Shown: one piece after another, positions 52,994-62,012 of the stretch
How positions within the stretch are numbered: the stretch's first letter is position 1
How the letters are laid out: every line of letters starts with the position of its first letter
Assembly (NCBI GenBank): GCA_963714285.1
Contig: CAVQNS010000002.1
Coordinates: 5,480-69,479 of the forward strand
Direction: 5' to 3'
Source of the DNA: an uncultured Solirubrobacteraceae bacterium
Lineage (GTDB): Bacteria; Actinomycetota; Thermoleophilia; Solirubrobacterales; Solirubrobacteraceae
DNA: 64,000 nucleotides
Made by a program: the position numbers and the translations under genes
The notes under the pieces: generated by a model
Database searches by the model: none
Told to the model about the DNA's origin: nothing
What the model saw: the letters and a program-made list of their open reading frames with translations, nothing else

Positions 52994-53787
52994 ACCCGAC
53001 GATCGCGCTGCGGATGGCTGGAGCGGACTTCCTGAAGCTGCGCAAGAAGCGCTCCACGCTGATCTGGGCGTTGGTGCTCGCCGTGGCGCCGCTCGTGATC
53101 TACTTCATCGTCAGAGGTGTGCAGCACTCGTCGAGCCCCGCTCAGCACTCGCCGGCGGGCGGCATCAACGGCTACGAAGACGCGATGCCGGTGCTCGCGC
53201 TGTTCTTCGGGCCGCTTGCGGCGATCATGATCGGCACTGACGCGGGCGCCGGCGATCTAGCTGCGGGGGTCTTCCGCGACCTCGTCGTCACCGGCCGCTC
53301 GCGCATCGCGCTGTTCGCCGCGCGCGTCCCGGCGGCGCTCGGCCTGTGCTGGCTGGTGATGCTGGTCGCCTATGCGGTGATGGTCCTCGGCACCTACGCG
53401 CTCGCCTCCGGGACGCCCACGCCGTCGGGCGCGCTCGTGATCAACGGACTGCTGTTCACGCTGTTCGCCACCGGCATCCTGTGCGTCGTGGCCGTCGGCT
53501 TCTCATCGCTCGTCGGCTCGCGGCCGGCCGCGCTGACGGTGCTGATCGGCTGGCAGCTGGTGGCGAGCCGCATCCTCGAAAACATCGAATCGCTCGGCAG
53601 CTCGCGCAAGCTGATCCTCAGCCAGGCGGTAGCGCACTTCAGCCCGATCGGGCTCGGCGAGCATCATGGCCCGCGCGGCGGAGCGACCGTGACGATGTCG
53701 ACGGGTACAGCCGTGATCGTGTCGCTCGGCTGGATCGTCGTGTTCCTCGTACTCGGTGCCTGGCGCACACGCACGATGGACGCCTGA
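52990..53787 (+). CDS. ABC transporter permease
   Basis: ADFLKLR N-terminus; about 6 TM segments; ATGA coupling to the ATPase. Confidence 0.88.
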   Translation: MNPTIALRMAGADFLKLRKKRSTLIWALVLAVAPLVIYFIVRGVQHSSSPAQHSPAGGINGYEDAMPVLALFFGPLAAIMIGTDAGAGDLAAGVFRDLVVTGRSRIALFAARVPAALGLCWLVMLVAYAVMVLGTYALASGTPTPSGALVINGLLFTLFATGILCVVAVGFSSLVGSRPAALTVLIGWQLVASRILENIESLGSSRKLILSQAVAHFSPIGLGEHHGPRGGATVTMSTGTAVIVSLGWIVVFLVLGAWRTRTMDA

Positions 53788-53866
53788 GCCCCTCCGTATT
53801 CATCGAAATGCACGGCTCATACGAAACCTCGATTCGGCTTTGGCGCGCGTCGTAGACTTCTCGCCA

Positions 53867-54613
53867 GTGGATGTCTCAGCCGTCGACGGCTATCAGAACA
53901 TCGTCGAAGCCCAGGATCTGACTCGACGCTACGGAGAGGGCGAGGCGGCGGTCGACGCGCTGGCGGGCGTGAGCGTGAGCTTCCCCGCTGGTCGCTTCGC
54001 GGCGATCATGGGCCCGTCGGGCTCTGGCAAGTCGACGCTGATGCACATCCTCGCCGGTCTCGATCGCCCGACCTCGGGCACCGTGCGCCTTGCCGGCGTC
54101 GAGCTCACCGCGCTCGACGACCGCGCGCTCACGCAGCTGCGGCGCGATCGCATCGGCTTCATCTTCCAGACGTTCAACCTGCTGCCGGTGCTGAGCGCCG
54201 AGGAGAACATCCTGCTGCCGCTGTCGATCGCGGACCGCAAGCCCGACAGGGAGTGGTTCGACCGACTCGTCGACACTGTCGGCATCCGTGACCGCCTCAG
54301 CCATCGTCCGGCTGAGCTGTCCGGCGGCCAGCAGCAGCGCGTGGCCGTCGCGCGCGCGCTGATTTCACGCCCGTCGGTCGTATTCGCCGACGAGCCCTCG
54401 GGCAACCTCGACTCGAAGTCCTCGAACGGTGTGCTCGAGCTGCTGCGCCACGCCGTCGACGACTTCTCCCAGACGGTCGTGATGGTCACCCACGACGCCC
54501 ACGCGGCGTCGTTCGCCGATCGGCTGCTCGTGCTCGCCGATGGCAGGATCGTGCACGACGGCGAGGCTGCCAGCGCCGAGCAGGCGCTCGACTTGATGAA
54601 GGCAATCGGCTGA
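53867..54613 (+). CDS. ABC ATP-binding protein, MacB/LolD type
   Basis: Motifs GPSGSGKST, LSGGQQQR, ADEPS and VTHD. Confidence 0.93.
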   Translation: MDVSAVDGYQNIVEAQDLTRRYGEGEAAVDALAGVSVSFPAGRFAAIMGPSGSGKSTLMHILAGLDRPTSGTVRLAGVELTALDDRALTQLRRDRIGFIFQTFNLLPVLSAEENILLPLSIADRKPDREWFDRLVDTVGIRDRLSHRPAELSGGQQQRVAVARALISRPSVVFADEPSGNLDSKSSNGVLELLRHAVDDFSQTVVMVTHDAHAASFADRLLVLADGRIVHDGEAASAEQALDLMKAIG

Positions 54614-57216
54614 TGAGCAAGCTGGTGCTCCGCGGCTTTGCCGAGCGCAAGGTCCGGGCGCTGCTGACGGGTATCGCGATCGTGCTCGGCGTGGCGCTGA
54701 TGGCGGGTACCTACATCCTCACCGACACGATCAACCACGCCTTCGCGGAAGTTTTCGGCAACGCCTATAAAAACAAGGCGGTCGTCGTCAGCGCCAAGGA
54801 AACGCTCGGCCACAACAGCGGCTCGCAGACCTACGCCATCCACGAAGCGACGCTCGAGCGTGTGCGCAAAGTGCCGGGCGTCGCCGCCGCTGCGGGCGCC
54901 ATATCCACGCGCGCCACGCTGCTCACGATCGGCGGCAAGCGCATATCGAGCACGGCGCCGTCGCTGGTGGACGCCCTGCAGCCGCCTCGCTTCGAGGCTT
55001 TCACTGCGGTGCAGGGCCAGCTCCCGAGCGCAGGTGATGAGATGGCGATCGACCAGGCCACCGCTAAGCGCGAGCACCTGCACGTCGGTCAGCAGCTCGT
55101 GATCGCGGGCGCCGCTGTGGCGCGCCACTACACGATCTCGGGGATCGCTAAGTTCGCCGGCAGCGAATCCTTCGGCGGCACGAGTGTCGCGCTGGTGCTG
55201 CCCGCGCAGGCCCAGTACATCGCCGGCGAACCCGGCGAATACGACAGCATCAACGTCGCCGCGAGCTCAGGCATCTCCCCGGAACAGCTGGCCGCGCGCG
55301 TCCGCGCCGCGCTGCCAACGACGCTGATCGTCCGCACCGGCGCCCAGGAAGCCGCCAACCAGACGTCCGAACTGGAAGAAAAGCTCGGCTTCCTGCGCAC
55401 GTTCCTGCTTGTCTTCGCCTACGTCGCACTGCTCGTCGGCGCGTTCATCATCTTCAACACCTTCTCGATCACCGTCGCTCAGCGCACGCGAGAGTTCGGG
55501 CTGCTGCGCACGCTCGGCGCGTCACGGCGGCAGATCATGCGCGCAGTCATCGAGGAAGGAGTGCTGCTCGGCGTTGCCGGATCGGTGGTCGGGCTGTTCG
55601 CGGGGCTCGGCTTGGCGCCGGCGCTCAACGGGCTGTTCAAGGCGTTTGGCGCCGACCTGCCTGACAACGGCACGGTGCTGGAGGCGCGCACCGTGATCGT
55701 CTCGCTGCTTGTCGGGATCGTGATCACCGTGCTCGCCGGCTTCTTCCCGGCGCTGCGCGCGACGCGCGTACCGCCGATGGCCGCGATGCGCGAGGGCGTG
55801 CAGATACCGCCGCGGCCGCTTCCCACACGGCGCGCGCTCGTGATCCGCTTCGCGCTCTATATCGCGGTGGTCGTCGCGCTCCGGGTTCTCGTCGGCGGCG
55901 GCATCGCGCTCGTGGCGTTCGTGGTGATCGCCCTGCGCGCGTTGCGGCTGCGGGCGCGGTTGAAGCGCGGCGGCGAGCGCCCGCCGCGCCACTACCGCGT
56001 GATCCCCGCGCTCGGCCATGCGCTGGGACTGCTCGTGAGCTGGCGCGGCATCACCGGGCGTCTCGCGCGCGAGAACTCGGTGCGTCAGCCTGGCCGCACG
56101 CTTGTGACCGCGCTTGCGCTGACCATTGGTCTCGGGCTCGTCGCCTTCATCTCTGTGCTCGCCGCCGGCACCAAGGCGACGATCGACCAGTCGGTCAGTC
56201 GCTCGTTCGCCGGCAGCCTGATCGTCCAGAACACACGGACCGGCGAAGGCGGGATCCCGGAGGCGATCGCTCCCGCGCTGCGGTCGATTCACGGCGTCGG
56301 CACCGTCACCGCGATCGCTTTCACCAAGGGCAGGGTGCGCGACCTCTCCCGTGCGGGCACGCCGGTGATCGCCGAAAAGAGCCCGCTGACGGCGATCGAA
56401 CCGCAGTCCTTCAACAGGATGTACAAAGTCGAATGGGAACACGGCTCCGCCGCAACGCTCGCCTCGCTCGAACAGAACGGGACCGTCCTCAGCAAGAGAT
56501 TCGCGAGCGCTCACCACCTGCGGGTGGGGCAGCGGCTGCGCGTGCTGACGGCCTCAGGCCACCAGGTGACGCTGACGGTGCGCGGCATCATCAAGGAAGA
56601 AGCAGTTGGCCTGTTCTCGAATCTGACGATCTCGCGCTCGCTGGCGCTGACAGCGTTTGGGCAGAAGGAAGACGGCGTGGACTTCGTCGCCTACGCCACC
56701 GGCGCGAACACGACGGAAGTGCGACACCACATCGTTGCGCTGCTGCGCGGCAGCTTCCCGCAGACGCATGCGCAGACGGCGGCGGAATACACGCGCGAAG
56801 TGAGCAACGGCGTCAACAAGCTCCTGCTGCTCGTCTACGTGCTGCTCGCGCTGTCGGTGCTCGTCTCCTTGTTCGGGATCGTCAACACGCTCGTCCTGTC
56901 GATCTACGAGCGCCCGCACGAGCTCGGGATGATGCGCGCGATCGGCGCCTCGCGCCGCCAGATCCGCCAGATGATCCGCTACGAGTCGCTGATCACAAGC
57001 CTGATCGGCGGCGTGCTCGGCCTCGTGATCGGCGTCGTCGGAGCTGTGCTCGTCGCCACGCTCGAGCTGTCCGGGTCTGGTTACGTGATCTCGATCCCCG
57101 TGGGCACGCTCGTCGTGCTGCTGATCGCCGCTGCGCTCGCCGGCCTGCTCGCCGCGCAGCTCCCCGCCCGTCGCGCCGCGCGCCTGGACGTGCTGGGTGC
57201 GCTCGCCGGCGAGTAG
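54613..57216 (+). CDS. FtsX/MacB-like ABC permease
   Basis: Motifs NTFSITVAQRTRE.GLLR and NTLVLSIYER..ELGMMRA. Confidence 0.92.
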   Translation: MSKLVLRGFAERKVRALLTGIAIVLGVALMAGTYILTDTINHAFAEVFGNAYKNKAVVVSAKETLGHNSGSQTYAIHEATLERVRKVPGVAAAAGAISTRATLLTIGGKRISSTAPSLVDALQPPRFEAFTAVQGQLPSAGDEMAIDQATAKREHLHVGQQLVIAGAAVARHYTISGIAKFAGSESFGGTSVALVLPAQAQYIAGEPGEYDSINVAASSGISPEQLAARVRAALPTTLIVRTGAQEAANQTSELEEKLGFLRTFLLVFAYVALLVGAFIIFNTFSITVAQRTREFGLLRTLGASRRQIMRAVIEEGVLLGVAGSVVGLFAGLGLAPALNGLFKAFGADLPDNGTVLEARTVIVSLLVGIVITVLAGFFPALRATRVPPMAAMREGVQIPPRPLPTRRALVIRFALYIAVVVALRVLVGGGIALVAFVVIALRALRLRARLKRGGERPPRHYRVIPALGHALGLLVSWRGITGRLARENSVRQPGRTLVTALALTIGLGLVAFISVLAAGTKATIDQSVSRSFAGSLIVQNTRTGEGGIPEAIAPALRSIHGVGTVTAIAFTKGRVRDLSRAGTPVIAEKSPLTAIEPQSFNRMYKVEWEHGSAATLASLEQNGTVLSKRFASAHHLRVGQRLRVLTASGHQVTLTVRGIIKEEAVGLFSNLTISRSLALTAFGQKEDGVDFVAYATGANTTEVRHHIVALLRGSFPQTHAQTAAEYTREVSNGVNKLLLLVYVLLALSVLVSLFGIVNTLVLSIYERPHELGMMRAIGASRRQIRQMIRYESLITSLIGGVLGLVIGVVGAVLVATLELSGSGYVISIPVGTLVVLLIAAALAGLLAAQLPARRAARLDVLGALAGE

Positions 57217-57239
57217 CCGCCAGCTAAGCTGCCGTGGCG

Positions 57240-59105
57240 ATGGCCGCCACAACTCCCGCAGAGCCCGCCGATCCTGAGCTTCAGGCGACGGCGTGGGACC
57301 TGGAGCCGCTGGTCGAAGGCGAGGGTCAGGAGGGCGTCGAACGCCGGCTGAGCGACGCACTGGGGCGTGCGAGCTCGTTTGCCGAACGCCACGCGGGCAA
57401 GCTCGGCGAGCTGAGCGCCATGCAACTGCGAGACGCGATGGGCGAGCTCGCGAGCATCTACGAGCTCGTCGCGCGCGCGGGCTACTACGCGGCGCTGCGC
57501 TTCTCGACCGACACCGCCGACCCGGCCAACGGCGCGCTTTTGCAGAGCGTGCAGGAGCAGGAGACCCAGATCGAGACGAGGCTGCTGTTCTTCGAGCTCG
57601 AGTGGGCGGCGCTGCCGGACGAGCGCGCCGAGGAGCTGCTCGCAGGCGCGGGCATGGAGTTCTGCGCGCACCACCTACGCAACGTGCGGCGCTACCGCGA
57701 GCACCTGCTGAGCGAGCCCGAGGAGAAGATCCTGACGGAGAAGTCGCTGACCGGCGCAGGCGCGTGGACGCGGCTGTTCGAGGAGCTGACCTCGGCGATC
57801 GAGGTGACGCTCCCGGCTACCGGCGCGTCGCCGGCGGCGGCGAGTGCTCAGGACGCGGACGCCACCGACGAGAAGGTCGCGCTCGACGTCGCGCTCAGCC
57901 GCCTGTCGCTTGCCGACCCCGAGGTGCGTCGCACGACCGCCGAGGCCGTCACCGCGGCGCTGGCGCCCGGGCTGCGCACGCGCGCGTTCCTGTTCAACAC
58001 CCTGCTGGCGGACAAGGCGACAGACGACCGCCTGCGCTCCTACCCGCACTGGCTGGCGGCGCGCAACCTCGCCAACGAGGCCAGCGACGAGTCTGTGCAG
58101 GCGCTGATCGAGGCGGTTCGCGGCCGCTATGAGATCCCGCGTCGCTGGTACCGCCTGAAGGCGAAGCTGCTCGGCGTCGAGCGGCTGGCGGACTACGACC
58201 GCATGGCATCGGTCACCGAGGACGAGGTCAGCTTCCCGTTCGCGCAGGCGCGCGAGATCGTGGAGGACTGCTACTCGTCGTTCTCCCCCGAGCTGGGCGC
58301 GCTGGTCAGGCGCTTCTTCGAGGAGCGCCGGATCGACGCGCCGGTGCGCGCCGGCAAGCGCGGCGGCGCCTTCTGCGCGGCGGCCGTGCCGTCCGTGTTC
58401 CCATACGTGCTGCTCAACTACACGGCACGCCGCCGCGACGTGCTGACGCTTGCGCACGAGCTCGGCCACGGCGTCCACTTCGCGCTCGCCGCGCGCCAGG
58501 GCGTCTTCCATCAGAGCACGCCGCTGACGCTCGCCGAGACCGCGTCGGTGTTCGGCGAGACGATCGTCTTCGGGCGCCTGCTCGAGGAGGACTCGACGCC
58601 CGCCTCGCGCCTAGCGCTGCTGGCCGAGAACCTCGAGGACACGATCGCCACGGTCTTCCGCCAGGTCGCGATGAACCACTTCGAGGCGCTCGTGCACACC
58701 AACAGGCGCGATCAGGGCGAGCTGTCGGTGGATCGCCTCGGCGAGCTGTGGCTCGACAGCCAGTCGGAGATGCTCGGCGACTCGGTCGAGCTGACCGATG
58801 GCTACCGCACGTGGTGGTCCTACATCCCGCATTTCATCGGCAGCCCCGGCTACGTCTACGCCTATGCCTACGGTCAGCTGCTGGCGCTGTCGGTATACGA
58901 GCGCTACGAGCAGGCCGGGCCAGAGCTCGTGCCGCGCTACCTGGAGATGCTCGCAGCCGGTGGCTCGCGCTCGCCGCAGGAGCTCGGCGCGATCGTCGGT
59001 GTCGACCTCGCCGACCCCGGCTTCTGGACCGCGGGCCTGGACCTCGTGGAGCGCCAGCTGCAAGATGCGGAAGCGGCCGCGGAGGCCTCTGGGCGCCTGC
59101 AATGA
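57240..59105 (+). CDS. pepF: M3 family oligoendopeptidase F
   Basis: Motifs WDL, GKRGGAFC, HELGH, AETAS and YVYAYAYG. Confidence 0.93.
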   Translation: MAATTPAEPADPELQATAWDLEPLVEGEGQEGVERRLSDALGRASSFAERHAGKLGELSAMQLRDAMGELASIYELVARAGYYAALRFSTDTADPANGALLQSVQEQETQIETRLLFFELEWAALPDERAEELLAGAGMEFCAHHLRNVRRYREHLLSEPEEKILTEKSLTGAGAWTRLFEELTSAIEVTLPATGASPAAASAQDADATDEKVALDVALSRLSLADPEVRRTTAEAVTAALAPGLRTRAFLFNTLLADKATDDRLRSYPHWLAARNLANEASDESVQALIEAVRGRYEIPRRWYRLKAKLLGVERLADYDRMASVTEDEVSFPFAQAREIVEDCYSSFSPELGALVRRFFEERRIDAPVRAGKRGGAFCAAAVPSVFPYVLLNYTARRRDVLTLAHELGHGVHFALAARQGVFHQSTPLTLAETASVFGETIVFGRLLEEDSTPASRLALLAENLEDTIATVFRQVAMNHFEALVHTNRRDQGELSVDRLGELWLDSQSEMLGDSVELTDGYRTWWSYIPHFIGSPGYVYAYAYGQLLALSVYERYEQAGPELVPRYLEMLAAGGSRSPQELGAIVGVDLADPGFWTAGLDLVERQLQDAEAAAEASGRLQ

Positions 59106-59172
59106 GCTCGGCGTCGGCAGGGTGCGTTCGATGAGCTCGGCGTCGGCAGGGTGCGTTCGATGAGCTCGGCGT
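59102..59172 (+). repeat. 29-bp tandem repeat (2 full copies + partial)
   Basis: ATGAGCTCGGCGTCGGCAGGGTGCGTTCG at 59102 and 59131; partial copy at 59160. Confidence 0.95.
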
Positions 59173-59963
59173 TCGCCGGCAAGACCGTCCTCGTTACGGG
59201 CGCGTCACGCGGCATCGGTCTCGCCACCGCACGCCGCTTCGCGGCGCTCGGCGCGCAGGTGGGCCTCGTTGCAAGCAACGCGCAGCTGCTCGCCGACGCC
59301 GCCAAGGACTTGGACGGCAGGCACCATGCGGTCGCCGCCGATCTCACCGATCCGGCCGAGTGCGCGCGCGCTGTCAGCGAGGTGGCGGCGGCGCTCGGGC
59401 CGGTCGACGTGCTGATCAGCTGTGCCGGCGTGCTGCGGCGCGACTTCATCGAGGACGTCAAGCCCGCAGACCTCGAGCAGAGCTACCGCCTGCACGTGGG
59501 CGCCGCGGTCTGGCTCACGCAGGGCGTGCTCGCAGGCATGCGCGAGCGCGGCTACGGCCGCATCGTGCTCGTCTCCTCGGAGCTGGGGCTGATCGGCGGC
59601 CCCTCCTATGCCTCCTACTGCACGAGCAAGTGGGCGATGGTCGGCTTGGGCGAGGTGCTCTTGCACGAGCTCGCCGGCAGCGGCGTGCGCGCCACGGTGC
59701 TCTGTCCCGGCGACGTGCGCACGGACCAGCTGACCGAAGAGCACCAATGGGGATTGACGGGCGGTGTGACGCCCGAGAAGGCGATGTCCCCGGACTACCT
59801 CGCCCGCGCGATCGTGCGCGCCGCCGAGCGCGGCAAGCCGCTCGTGGTCGTCGACAAACCGCATCTGCGCGTCGCGTTCTGGGTCATGCGCCGCGCTCCG
59901 CGCTGGCGTGGGCCGATCGTCGCTGACGCCTACAAGAAGCTCACGCGCGAGCACGGCCAGTGA
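59160..59963 (+). CDS. SDR family oxidoreductase
   Basis: Motifs TGASRGIG and YCTSK. Confidence 0.92.
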   Translation: MSSAFAGKTVLVTGASRGIGLATARRFAALGAQVGLVASNAQLLADAAKDLDGRHHAVAADLTDPAECARAVSEVAAALGPVDVLISCAGVLRRDFIEDVKPADLEQSYRLHVGAAVWLTQGVLAGMRERGYGRIVLVSSELGLIGGPSYASYCTSKWAMVGLGEVLLHELAGSGVRATVLCPGDVRTDQLTEEHQWGLTGGVTPEKAMSPDYLARAIVRAAERGKPLVVVDKPHLRVAFWVMRRAPRWRGPIVADAYKKLTREHGQ

Positions 59964-60069
59964 GGAGCTGACGGAAGATCGCGTTCCGCTGAGTCGACTA
60001 TTGAGAGACAAATCGGGCTTTTGGACCATGTATGTGGACAACGTGTGCGCAAACGGGTACAGATGTCAT

Positions 60070-60318
60070 ATGCGCCGTGCCCATGAGCGTCGAAACCCAA
60101 AGGATCACGCGCTCGCGGTGATAGTCCGGCGCGCTCGTGTCAAGCGCGGCGAAACGCAGGAAGACGTTGCTAGCCGCGCAGGGCTGACGGTCGCCGCGTA
60201 CGCGCGTATCGAGCGAGGCACGTCGGACCCGAAGTGGACGACGGTCAGGGCGATCGCCGAGGCTCTCGAGATGAGCCTCGCAAGCCTCGACTCGAGGCCA
60301 CGATCAGGCGAGCTGTGA
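60070..60318 (+). CDS. XRE family HTH regulator
   Basis: TQEDVASRAGLT..YARIERG..DP. Confidence 0.8.
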   Translation: MRRAHERRNPKDHALAVIVRRARVKRGETQEDVASRAGLTVAAYARIERGTSDPKWTTVRAIAEALEMSLASLDSRPRSGEL

Positions 60319-60369
60319 CGCGGCGACATAGGGCAGCGGCGGGCCCGTCAGGGCAAGCCGGCGGGGTTC

Positions 60370-62010
60370 TCAGAACAATCCGAGCACGCCGCTGGCCTGG
60401 TGCACCAGGTCGAACAGCGGCTGCGGGATGATGCCGAAGAAGATCGTGGCGGCGCCGGCGAGCACGGCGACGAACACCACCTCTGGCTGCAGGCCGCCGC
60501 GCGACGGTGCCAACAGATCCGCGTCGCCGCCCGCCGGAGCCAAGCCGTCGTCGACGTCGAGCTCGGGCGAGCCGCCCGCGAGTGCCGGCAGCGAGCCGCT
60601 CAACGGCGCCGATGGGCCGCCGGCAGCGGCGGTTGCGCGCCCGGCGCCTGCGGGCGCCTCGCGCATCCACATCGCGGCAATTACCGGCAGGTAATAGCCG
60701 AGCGAGATCATCGAGCCGATCACGATCGCCACGCCCAACCACGTGTAGCCGCCCGAGACAGCCGCATCGATCAAGTAGAACTTGCCGATGAAGCCTGCGG
60801 TCGCGGGGATGCCGGCGAGCGCCAGCATCGAGATCGTCATCGGCCACGCCAGCCACGGTCGCTCGCGCCCTAGCCCCGCCACCGCGTCGAGCGAGTCGCC
60901 GAGGCCAGTTTCGCGTTCGCGCGCGACGATCACCGCGAACGATGCCATGTTCATCAGCAGGTACACCGCGAGGTAGAAGACGGTTGAGGCGACGCCGAGC
61001 TGCGTCGCGACGACGACGCCCGCGAGCATGTAGCCGGCCTGGCCGACCGATGAGTACGCGAGCATCCGCTTCAGCGAGGGCTGCCCGAGCGCGCCGACGT
61101 TGCCGACGATGATCGTGATCGTCGCGAGCACCGCCAGCGCCGGCCCCCAGCTGTTCTGCGCGCCGATCAGCGCGACGTCGAAGAAGCGCAGGAACACACC
61201 CAGCGCGGCGACCTTGGTGGTGACCGCCATGAACGCCGTGATCGGCGTCGGCGCGCCCTCGTACACGTCCGGGGTCCACTGGTGAAACGGAGCCACCGAC
61301 GCCTTGAAGCACAGGCCCGCGACGCACAGCGCGATTCCCGTCAGCGTCAGTGGGTCGGTCGCGAGGCTGCCGCTCGACAGGGCATTGGCTACGTGTGAGA
61401 AGTCGGTCGAGCCGGTCGCCCCGTAGATCAGCGCCAAGCCGTACAGCAGCGTCGCTGAGCCGACCGAGCCGACGATCAGGTACTTCAGTCCCGACTCCAG
61501 CGAGTGCTCGCGTCGTAGTTCGGTCGCGCACAGCACATACAGCGGGATCGACAGGAGCTCGAGGCCGACGAACAGCGCGATCGTGTTCTGCGAGCTCGCC
61601 AGCACCGACATGCCGCCGACCGACGTCAGCAGCAGCGCGTGGAACTCGCCGTGCGCGGCTTCGTGCGCCGCCAGCGAGCGCCACGCGAGCAGCACCGTGC
61701 AGGCGCCGCCGGCGATCAGGATCAGGTTCAACGCCAGCGACAGGTCATCGACGCGCAACGCTCCCGACACGATCGACTTCTGCGAGTTCCACTGCCAGAT
61801 CGTCAGCCCCAGCGCCGCGCCGAGCGCGACCAGGCTCAGCGCCGGCACGACCTGCGCGCGCATCCAGCGCGATCTGAGCAGGCCCACCATCAGGACGATC
61901 ACAGCGCCGCCCAACAGCGCGATCAGCGGCGAGAGCCCCGCGAAGTCGACATGCGGGCCTTTCAGGTGCGTCGTCGCGACCGCGGCGGAGAACAGGGGCA
62001 CATAGGTCAT
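60370..62010 (-). CDS. nuoN: NADH-quinone oxidoreductase subunit N
   Basis: Motifs LELLSIPLY, ESGLKY, PFHQWTPDVYEGAP and KRMLAYSS. Confidence 0.95.
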   Translation of the reverse strand: MTYVPLFSAAVATTHLKGPHVDFAGLSPLIALLGGAVIVLMVGLLRSRWMRAQVVPALSLVALGAALGLTIWQWNSQKSIVSGALRVDDLSLALNLILIAGGACTVLLAWRSLAAHEAAHGEFHALLLTSVGGMSVLASSQNTIALFVGLELLSIPLYVLCATELRREHSLESGLKYLIVGSVGSATLLYGLALIYGATGSTDFSHVANALSSGSLATDPLTLTGIALCVAGLCFKASVAPFHQWTPDVYEGAPTPITAFMAVTTKVAALGVFLRFFDVALIGAQNSWGPALAVLATITIIVGNVGALGQPSLKRMLAYSSVGQAGYMLAGVVVATQLGVASTVFYLAVYLLMNMASFAVIVARERETGLGDSLDAVAGLGRERPWLAWPMTISMLALAGIPATAGFIGKFYLIDAAVSGGYTWLGVAIVIGSMISLGYYLPVIAAMWMREAPAGAGRATAAAGGPSAPLSGSLPALAGGSPELDVDDGLAPAGGDADLLAPSRGGLQPEVVFVAVLAGAATIFFGIIPQPLFDLVHQASGVLGLF

Positions 62011-62012
62011 CG

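Noticed and set aside
59102-59172. 29-bp repeat as a CRISPR array
   Set aside because: Units are directly adjacent with no spacers, and there are no cas genes.
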